In this document: positions 1 to 7,000 of the stretch, piece after piece
How the letters are laid out: each line of letters starts with the position of its first letter
Position numbering within the stretch: position 1 is the stretch's first letter
NCBI GenBank assembly: GCA_024277835.1
Contig: JAJRUK010000295.1
Span: 1-31,688, forward strand
From: Planctomycetota bacterium
GTDB taxonomy: Bacteria; Planctomycetota; Phycisphaerae; UBA1845
Reading direction: 5' to 3'
Length of the DNA stretch: 31,688 nt
Notes under the pieces: model-generated
The model's database searches: none
What the model was told of the DNA's origin: nothing
Seen by the model: the letters and a program-made list of their open reading frames with translations, nothing else
Translations under genes and position numbers: made by a program

Positions 1-749
1 GAATCCTCTTCCACCGGACAGTTTGAATCGTCCGCAAGGTATCGCTGCGAGCGGATCATCTCGGGCACGGTATGGATCGCCAGCATCAGCTCGACATGAA
101 GATCGCGACCTTGCGACTCGGCGCGATCGATGTGACCATACCCAAGCGTGTGGCCTACCTCGTGAGCGATGACGTTCGCGAACATTCGCACCCATTCGTC
201 CACGGAGAACGGCCCCGCAAGAGCTAGAACTTCGTCGCCAAAGATGATCGCTTCATTGGCTCGGACAACGTTGCAGGGGTCGTAATCGCCTTCGCCAATC
301 TGACCCGGTGCGTTCGGCGAGCTTGTTTGTGCGACAAGGACGCTCGTAACGTTGCCCTGTTGCGTGGATTCTCCGTTGCTGACGTTGACCGCAGCCGCGG
401 GAAGCGAGCAGAGGATCGTCCCAACTTCATCGCGGACGGCGGATATGAATTCATCCGATACTTCTGCGAGTGTTCCACCGCCCGAAAGCTCGAACGCCGC
501 GAAATCCAGCCCCTCAACGAACGCACCGTCCGATAGATCGCTCGCGCCGCCGGACCAGTCAATGACGACCCGATCGGTCGCGAGCTGGCCCGCCCGGTCG
601 TCGTCTTCGCAACTAACGGGGTAGGCTGCGCTTAGAAAGAGCGCCTCCCCCACCTGCGACCCACAACCACAAATGACCGATAAACTGACCCCAAATAGAC
701 CTATCGCCAACCGCCTCGCGGGCAGTCGGTCCCTCATTTTTCGCTTCAA
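1..749 (-). CDS. Putative lipoprotein zinc metallopeptidase (metzincin/matrixin-like), 3' end runs off the window
   Basis: My translation of an open minus-strand frame not in the ORF track: (LKRK)MRDRLPARRLAIGLFGVSLSVICGC-GSQ...FANVIAHEVGHTLGYGHIDRAESQGRDLHVELMLAIH... It has an HExxHxxGxxH Zn motif, a downstream Met (possible Met-turn) and a lipobox-like ICGC. Start is TTG 749 (AGGAGG 6-7 nt upstream) or ATG 737. Confidence 0.75.
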   Translation of the reverse strand, partial: MKRKMRDRLPARRLAIGLFGVSLSVICGCGSQVGEALFLSAAYPVSCEDDDRAGQLATDRVVIDWSGGASDLSDGAFVEGLDFAAFELSGGGTLAEVSDEFISAVRDEVGTILCSLPAAAVNVSNGESTQQGNVTSVLVAQTSSPNAPGQIGEGDYDPCNVVRANEAIIFGDEVLALAGPFSVDEWVRMFANVIAHEVGHTLGYGHIDRAESQGRDLHVELMLAIHTVPEMIRSQRYLADDSNCPVEED

Positions 750-942
750 CTTCCCACCTCCTAAGGCGGAACCTCGCACCGGATCAAGTATCCGGGCGAT
801 GATGACGGGCGAGCGCAGACCGCATGACGCACTCAGTACCGTAGAAAGGAAAACCCCTGTAATGTTGTTGACATCCGAGCGTGGAAAATCAACAAATCCG
901 CGGTCGGACAGCCCCCGCGAGCACGATTATCGAACCCACCCC

Positions 943-971
943 TTACGGGCGACAATCCCTCGGACTATAAT
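943..971 (+). promoter_or_regulatory. Possible sigma70 promoter for oleAB
   Basis: Perfect TATAAT at 966-971; weak -35 TTACGG at 943-948 with a 17-bp spacer; about 50 nt upstream of the oleA ATG. Confidence 0.35.
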
Positions 972-1022
972 GCCCGACCGGGTTACGGACCCTGGGACCA
1001 ATGAAGGACCGGATTAGACCAG

Positions 1023-2075
1023 ATGTTGCGATATAACCACGTACGCCTTGAGGGATTCGGATACGCGCTGCCCGAAGAGATAGTGCCATCGATTGACATT
1101 GAGCAGCAGCTCGCCCCGGTCTACGATCGCTTCGGGATGCACGAGGGTCGCCTCGAAATGATGACCGGCATTCGCGAGCGTCGATTCTGGGAGGAGGGTA
1201 CGCTCCCCAGCGACGGTGCGACGCGTGCCGGACGCAAGGCGCTCGAAGTAGCCCGCGTCGATCCAGGCAAGATCGAATGCTTGCTCAATACGTCGGTCTC
1301 ACGCGACTGCCTCGAACCCGCTACCGCGTCGGTCGTCCATAACAATCTTGGTCTGCCTCTAAAATCGATCATGTACGACATCTCTAACGCCTGTCTGGGT
1401 TTTTTGAACGGGATCTCGTCGCTTTCAAACATGATCGAACTCGGTCAGGTGAAACGGGGGCTGATCGTTGCGGGCGAGAGCAGCCGGCAACTTGTTCAAA
1501 CGACGATCAAACAGCTTCTCGCCAAAGGCCCGAAGCTGACCAAGAAAGAGTTCAAAGCGGCGTTCACTTCGCTGACCATCGGGTCGGGGGCGGTGGCGTG
1601 TGTTCTTGCGCATGACTCGGTCGCACAGGCGGACCACCGCGTTCTTGGCGGGGCGATTTTATCTGCCACCGAACATAACCACCTCTGCCGCGGCAGTGCG
1701 GATACGGGCTTTTCGCCCGATGCGGAAATCAGTATGCAGACCGACGCGGAGCGATTGCTGAACGGCGGTTGCGAGCTGGCGGCGAAGACGTGGGACGCAT
1801 TTAAGGAATCAATGAACTGGCGAGATGGCGACATTGGCCGGACGTACTGCCATCAGGTCGGATCGATGCATCGCGACCGCCTGTACGAAGCGATCAAACG
1901 CGACGCCGCAAGCGATTTTTCGACGTTCGACTTTCTTGGCAACGTCGGATCGGTGTCTGCGCCGATCACGATGGCGATGGGCGTCGAAAACGACCCGCCC
2001 GAACCGGGGACCAACATTGCGATGCTCGGAATCGGGAGCGGACTGAGTTGTGTCATGCTCGGCGTTCGCTGGTAA
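1023..2075 (+). CDS. oleA: OleA-type acyl-CoA condensing thiolase (FabH-like, olefin/beta-lactone pathway)
   Basis: OleA-type motifs NTSVSRDxLEP (catalytic Glu), NACLGF (catalytic Cys), HQV, GNxG, and C-terminal LGIGSGLxCxMxxVxW; directly followed by an OleB-like hydrolase. Confidence 0.85.
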   Translation: MLRYNHVRLEGFGYALPEEIVPSIDIEQQLAPVYDRFGMHEGRLEMMTGIRERRFWEEGTLPSDGATRAGRKALEVARVDPGKIECLLNTSVSRDCLEPATASVVHNNLGLPLKSIMYDISNACLGFLNGISSLSNMIELGQVKRGLIVAGESSRQLVQTTIKQLLAKGPKLTKKEFKAAFTSLTIGSGAVACVLAHDSVAQADHRVLGGAILSATEHNHLCRGSADTGFSPDAEISMQTDAERLLNGGCELAAKTWDAFKESMNWRDGDIGRTYCHQVGSMHRDRLYEAIKRDAASDFSTFDFLGNVGSVSAPITMAMGVENDPPEPGTNIAMLGIGSGLSCVMLGVRW

Positions 2076-2084
2076 CCTGTCGCC

Positions 2085-2960
2085 ATGCCCGATGCAAAGA
2101 GCATTCTCGCCGAGACCTATCCCTTTACGTCGCGTTACCTCGACATCGACGGGCAGCGTATGCATTACGTTGACGAAGGCGAGGGGCCTCTTGTCGTTTG
2201 TGCGCATGGCAATCCGACCTGGTCGTTTTACTACCGCGAACTTATCAAAGGGTTGAAAGATCGTTGTCGCGTTGTGGCGATGGACCACATCGGGTGCGGC
2301 CTCTCCGATAAACCGCAGGACTATTCCTATACGCTTTCGACGCACGTTCGCAACTTCGGTCGCTTGATGGACCATCTCGGCGCGAAGGACGTGACGATTG
2401 TTTGTCATGATTGGGGCGGACCGATTTCGCTCTCTTGGGCGGTGAATCATCCAGACCGGGTCGCTCGGGTTGCCGTATGCAACACAGCCGCGTTTTTCGG
2501 TGGTGTGATGCCGTTTTCGATTCGCTGCTGCCGGTGGCCTATCTTTGGGGCGATCGCGGTTCGAGGGCTGAATCTCTTTGCATTAGCGGCGGTCGCAAAG
2601 GCTTCGATGAAACCGGAGCGGATGAGTGGGGACGTTAAGCGCGGGTACTTGCTGCCTTATGATAGCTACGCAAACCGTGTGGCCGTTCATCGCTTTGTTC
2701 AGGATATCCCGCTTTCGCGAGGCGGTGCGAGCTACGACGCAACGGTTGATCTTGAACAAAAGCTCCCGGCGCTGGCAGACAAGCCGATGGTCATCTTCTG
2801 GGGCGAGAAGGATTTTTGCTTTACGACGAGTTATCTCGATCAGTGGATCAAGCGTTTTCCAAACGCGACGGTCCATCGGTTCCCCGACGCGGGGCATTAC
2901 GTCGTTGAGGATGCGCACGAGCGAATGTTGCCGGTACTCCGCGATTTTGTCGGCGCATAA
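2085..2960 (+). CDS. oleB: OleB-like alpha/beta hydrolase (haloalkane dehalogenase-like beta-lactone decarboxylase)
   Basis: HGNPTWSFYYR, DHIGCGLSDKP, nucleophile elbow HDWGG and C-terminal AGHYVVED; 9 nt downstream of oleA. Confidence 0.8.
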   Translation: MPDAKSILAETYPFTSRYLDIDGQRMHYVDEGEGPLVVCAHGNPTWSFYYRELIKGLKDRCRVVAMDHIGCGLSDKPQDYSYTLSTHVRNFGRLMDHLGAKDVTIVCHDWGGPISLSWAVNHPDRVARVAVCNTAAFFGGVMPFSIRCCRWPIFGAIAVRGLNLFALAAVAKASMKPERMSGDVKRGYLLPYDSYANRVAVHRFVQDIPLSRGGASYDATVDLEQKLPALADKPMVIFWGEKDFCFTTSYLDQWIKRFPNATVHRFPDAGHYVVEDAHERMLPVLRDFVGA

Positions 2961-2962
2961 AA

Positions 2963-2988
2963 ACTCCGCAGCGAGATGGCTACGGAGT
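2963..2988. terminator. Hairpin between convergent oleB and rpsR, probable bidirectional terminator
   Basis: ACTCCGCAGC-gagatg-GCTACGGAGT stem-loop (one mismatch); A-run upstream gives a T-tract on the minus strand. Confidence 0.5.
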
Positions 2989-3017
2989 CTTAGATATTTG
3001 AATCTAACCGTCGCTGA

Positions 3018-3266
3018 CTACTGACCGGCGTAGGGGATCAGGGCCATGAGTCGCGCACGTTTGACGGCACGCTTGAGCGCTGCCTGCTCCTGAGCGTTCG
3101 TTCCCGCGCGACGGCGAGACATCAGCTTGCTCGTGGGCGACATAAACTTTCGCAGAAGCTCAACCTCTTTGTAATCGACGACGTCGCCAACCCAATCTTT
3201 TCCGGCGCGCTCGGTAAAGCGACTGGACGTGTGAAAGCTCTTGTCGTTCTCTTCTCTTCTTGCCAT
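3018..3266 (-). CDS. rpsR: 30S ribosomal protein S18 (cysteine-free form)
   Basis: VDYKEVELLRKFMSPTSKLMSRRRAGTNAQEQAALKRAVKRARLMALIPY matches the bS18 core. Confidence 0.92.
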   Translation of the reverse strand: MARREENDKSFHTSSRFTERAGKDWVGDVVDYKEVELLRKFMSPTSKLMSRRRAGTNAQEQAALKRAVKRARLMALIPYAGQ

Positions 3267-3290
3267 GCAAACCTCGTGAAGGATCAGTCG

Positions 3291-3512
3291 TTAACTTTTT
3301 GGCTGATTCGCCTCAGCCATTGCTTTTTCAAACTCGTTTTGATCGGCGACTTCGGACTCGTCGATCAGCATGATCGGAATCCCATCGCGGATCGGATACT
3401 TGCGGCGCGTTTCGGCGTCGGTCGAAAACAACCAGTCGCCAACCTGCACCAGCGGCACGTGGGCCACCGGACACTCCATAATCTTCAGCAATTCCGCATC
3501 GACCTGGGTCAT
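3291..3512 (-). CDS. Trm112-like (UPF0434/YcaR family) protein
   Basis: LLKIMECP...YPIRDGIPIMLIDES signature. Start reassigned to ATG 3512 (MTQVDAELL) from the ORF-track 3581. Confidence 0.8.
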   Translation of the reverse strand: MTQVDAELLKIMECPVAHVPLVQVGDWLFSTDAETRRKYPIRDGIPIMLIDESEVADQNEFEKAMAEANQPKS

Positions 3513-3686
3513 GTCCGACTGTTCTCCACACCGCCTCGCCCCCAGCAGCGCACCCGCGCCGCCCGGAGTCGAGCACGGCATTATACAGCCACTTCACACC
3601 CATGCAACCGACCCCAACGGCCCCCCGACTCGTCGCTGGCCGCTCACATCGCTTACGCAAGCTTTTGTATTGGAAGGGGTTACGTG

Positions 3687-3726
3687 AAACGCCCAAACAT
3701 CCAAACGTCGAAAAGTCCAAACCGAC
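3687..3726 (+). repeat. Degenerate 8-bp tandem array (AAACGTCC-like x5)
   Basis: aaacgccc aaacatcc aaacgtcg aaaagtcc aaaccgac; a related array lies at 31054-31093. Confidence 0.7.
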
Positions 3727-3980
3727 GGAGAGGGGCTTCGCCCCTGCAAGAGGCCTGGGGTGCTCGGACGCTTGGCTCGGTAGGGCGTCAGGCGACCGAG
3801 GGGTCTGAAATCTACCGCTACAGCATGGTAGCGTTCCGATCGACCATCGCATGCACCAGCGAAGTACTGGACACAGGTCGCGATGCCAAACTACACGCCC
3901 CAGCGCTTCACCTTTTGCTCGGTGAGCATACTCAGCATGGACGATTTGACCGGGTGGGGCTGTTGCGTAAGTTCGGAGGC

Positions 3981-4409
3981 ATGAGCGATTCGATCCCGGA
4001 GACACTTGGGACAGCGATCTCGTTTGCGTCTGCACTTGATCGGTGCGCGTTTGATGAGGCTGGTCCTTTTCTTTGTGATGAGTGCGTCTACCTGATGGGA
4101 GGTGGTCGGACCGTTGGGGGCGCTGCGATTGTCGATAGCTATCGCGAAAACGCGGAGTGGGCGAAGACGTCACTCGACGAGCTTAACTACGAAAGCGACG
4201 TTCGACTTCTTGATGATGGGCGGGCGGAAATTATTTATACCGACCATATCTTTCATCGGGGTCAGCGACATACCTATCGATGTTGTCAGATCTTGTCGTT
4301 TGATCAGGACGGATTGATCTCGCAGATTGAACATTCCGAAATTGATCGACAACGAGAAGAACTTGATGCCTTCCTGGGGCGGTGCGGGGTGGATCGCAAT
4401 TCTTCGTAG
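3981..4409 (+). CDS. SnoaL/NTF2-like fold protein
   Basis: C-terminal 142 aa of the 392-aa track ORF (MSDSIPETLGTAISFASALDR...): N-terminal helices followed by alternating beta strands, typical NTF2 size; GGAGG just upstream of ATG 3981. Confidence 0.55.
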   Translation: MSDSIPETLGTAISFASALDRCAFDEAGPFLCDECVYLMGGGRTVGGAAIVDSYRENAEWAKTSLDELNYESDVRLLDDGRAEIIYTDHIFHRGQRHTYRCCQILSFDQDGLISQIEHSEIDRQREELDAFLGRCGVDRNSS

Positions 4410-4565
4410 ACGTTGCTTGGATGCTTTCGGGGGCTGGTTGGGCGGACTTTCGCCGGTGTTGGTTCGGGGATAGACTTGGGTTGATTCGTCTATCGGTACG
4501 CGAGCGGGTCGGCGCGCGTAACTCCGCGCGGGCTTGTGCGTTTAGCACTCAAGTGTGGCGGGCAA

Positions 4566-4598
4566 CCCCCCTCGATCCCGCCTTAGCAGTGGGGGGAC
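4566..4598 (+). repeat. REP-like C6...G6AC intergenic element, copy 1
   Basis: CCCCCCTCGATCCCGCCTTAGCAGTGGGGGGAC; related to 28647-28677. Confidence 0.55.
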
Positions 4599-4698
4599 GG
4601 AAGAGCAAGCCCGCTTAAGCTGACTGTTACCTGCTCTAAAACCGCGCGACTCAGGGCTGGTCTTTTTGTTCGCTCAAGGGCACAAGGAATTCACTACC

Positions 4699-6702
4699 AT
4701 GAAAGATCGATTTTCTCGGATTGCGCGGGGCCTCTTTGTTGTTCTTGCTTACGCGACGATCTTCGTTCCCGGGTGTGCTGCGACGGGGACGAGAGTCTCC
4801 AAAACCACAAAGCCCGGCGAATCGGCGTGGGTTGAAGCTCATTACGTCAAACGCGAGTATCGGGTTGCGATGCGCGACGGTGCGAAGCTACATACCGCCA
4901 TCTACTCGCCGCGAGATATTTCGCAGACATACCCCTTCCTGATGTATCGAACGCCCTACACGTGCGCTCCTTACGGCGAGGACGAATACCCTTCGCACCT
5001 TCGACCGGGCAAAGCGATGTGGGAAGAGGGGTTCATTATGGTGTTTCAGGATGTGCGCGGGCGGTTTATGTCAGAGGGCGACTTCGTCAACATGACGCCG
5101 CATATCGACAACAAGAAGACCGATCGCGACGTTGACGAAAGCTCGGACACGTACGACACGATCGAGTGGCTTCTTGCGAATGTTGCGAACAACAATGGCC
5201 GAGTGGGTCAGTGGGGGATTTCTTATCCGGGGTTCTACACCGCGGCGGGGATGATTGATTCGCATCCGGCGTTGAAAGCGTCGTCACCGCAAGCGCCGAT
5301 CGCGGATTGGTTCTTCGACGATTTCCATCATCACGGAGCTTTCTTCTTGCCGCATACGGTTGGTTTTTTTAAGTCGTTCGGCGTTGCCCGACCGGAGCTG
5401 ACGAAAGAGTGGCCTGATCGACTTGAGTATGGAACGCCGGATGGGTATCAGTTCTACATGGACCTGGGTCCGCTGAGCAACGTGAATGAAAAGTATTATC
5501 ACAATGAGATTGCGTTCTGGAATGAGTCCATCCAGCACCCGAATCACGATGCGTACTGGCAGTCGCGGAACATTCTTCCGCACCTCAATCATGTGACGTC
5601 AGCGGTTTTGACGGTTGGGGGCTGGTTTGATGCGGAAGACCTGTATGGCCCGCTGCAAATCTATCGGCAGGTCGAAAAACGAAACCCGGATGCGACGAAC
5701 ATGCTGGTCATGGGCCCCTGGTCGCATGGTGGTTGGTCGCGGGGGAAAGGCGATCACCTTGGCAATGTCCATTTCGGGGAGAACTGGTCGGAGGACTATC
5801 AGGCGAATGTGGAGCTTCCATTTTTTCGGCATTACCTCAAAGGGGAGGCAGGGCATGGTCTTCCTGAGGCGCTAATGTTTGAGACCGGGGTGAATCGTTG
5901 GCGTCGGTTTGATGCTTGGCCTCCTGTTGAGGCGCAGCCGGCGACGGTTCATTTCCAGTCGGGTGGCGGTTTGTCGTTTGACCAGGTGCTGAGTCGTCGC
6001 GATTACGATCAGTTTGTGAGCGACCCGAATAAGCCCGTTCCTTTTACGGAAGATGTTTCGACGCGGATGACGCGGGCGTACATGACGGACGATCAGCGAT
6101 TCGCGGGCCGGCGACCAGACGTGCTGGTGTATCAAACGGAAGTGCTTGAGGAAGATGTGACGCTGGCGGGGCCTATCGTTGCGAATCTTTGGGTTGCAAC
6201 GACCGGGACGTCGGCGGATTGGGTCGTGAAGATTATCGATGTGTTTCCCGGAGATGCGGAGGACAATGAGTACACGCGCGAGGGGATGCATATGGGCGGG
6301 TATCAGATGATGGTACGAAGCGAGGTGATGCGGGGGCGGTTTCGCAATAGCTATGAGCATCCCGAACCGTTCGTCCCAAACGAACCGACGAATGTACGGT
6401 TGCCGCTGCAGGACGTGCTGCATACGTTCCGCAAGGGACACCGGTTGATGGTGCAGATTCAGAGTACGTGGTTTCCGCTGGTCGACCGAAACCCGCAACG
6501 ATACGTTGAAAATATCTTCTTCGCGACGGAAGACGACTTCCAGGAATCGACGCATCGGGTGTTTTGCTCTGGCCAACACGCAACGACGCTAGAAGTTCAA
6601 ATCCTCCCCCCCGACCCCGACCTGGACCCCGCCACGGACCCCGACCTAGACCCCGACCTGGACCCCGCCTGTGACGCCAACGCTGACGGCGAGTCGAATT
6701 AG
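4699..6702 (+). CDS. CocE/NonD-family serine hydrolase (alpha-amino acid ester hydrolase / glutaryl-7-ACA acylase-like), probable lipoprotein
   Basis: RDGAKLHT, RTPY, QDVRGRFMSEG, nucleophile motif GISYPGF, GGWFDAED, GPWSHGGW; signal peptide ending FVPG-C. Start placed at ATG 4699 (AAGGA upstream). Confidence 0.88.
   Translation: MKDRFSRIARGLFVVLAYATIFVPGCAATGTRVSKTTKPGESAWVEAHYVKREYRVAMRDGAKLHTAIYSPRDISQTYPFLMYRTPYTCAPYGEDEYPSHLRPGKAMWEEGFIMVFQDVRGRFMSEGDFVNMTPHIDNKKTDRDVDESSDTYDTIEWLLANVANNNGRVGQWGISYPGFYTAAGMIDSHPALKASSPQAPIADWFFDDFHHHGAFFLPHTVGFFKSFGVARPELTKEWPDRLEYGTPDGYQFYMDLGPLSNVNEKYYHNEIAFWNESIQHPNHDAYWQSRNILPHLNHVTSAVLTVGGWFDAEDLYGPLQIYRQVEKRNPDATNMLVMGPWSHGGWSRGKGDHLGNVHFGENWSEDYQANVELPFFRHYLKGEAGHGLPEALMFETGVNRWRRFDAWPPVEAQPATVHFQSGGGLSFDQVLSRRDYDQFVSDPNKPVPFTEDVSTRMTRAYMTDDQRFAGRRPDVLVYQTEVLEEDVTLAGPIVANLWVATTGTSADWVVKIIDVFPGDAEDNEYTREGMHMGGYQMMVRSEVMRGRFRNSYEHPEPFVPNEPTNVRLPLQDVLHTFRKGHRLMVQIQSTWFPLVDRNPQRYVENIFFATEDDFQESTHRVFCSGQHATTLEVQILPPDPDLDPATDPDLDPDLDPACDANADGESN
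6613..6672 (+). repeat. Five 12-bp tandem repeats encoding DPDL/DPAT units at the C-terminus of the CocE hydrolase
   Basis: gaccccgacctg gaccccgccacg gaccccgaccta gaccccgacctg gaccccgcctgt. Confidence 0.85.
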
Positions 6703-7000
6703 TTGAGCAGGCGATGGCAACAGAGCGGATCTGCGCCTGGGGAGCATAATCGGCGACTCTCCCGGCGTTTCGGAGGTCGCGGGGGCCTATTGGCGATAAA
6801 AGCGCGGTTGAAGCATACTCAGGGGTGCATAGAATGTTGCGTCTGCCCCAACGCTGTGGGGAGGTCGGCGACCGCGGTCGTCGCGACCGAGATGCCCGAG
6901 GCTGTTTGCACCGCCGGGGCATCGTGATTTTGATCCCGCATCAATTGCAAAGGAAGGTCGCTTTGGAGTTCCTACAAAGAATCCGGCGACACAGCTAAGC

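Noticed and set aside
224-624. Track ORFs 224..562, 327..536 and 352..624
   Set aside because: Alternative-frame or antisense shadows of the metzincin-like gene, which has the recognisable motif.
3231-3980. N-terminal 250 aa of the 392-aa track ORF 3231..4409
   Set aside because: Lies antisense to rpsR and the Trm112-like gene and crosses a repeat-containing intergenic region; only the part from ATG 3981 looks like a protein.
6930-6944. FNR/Anr box call
   Set aside because: Half-sites match but the spacer is 5 nt rather than the required 4; kept only as an unassigned palindrome.
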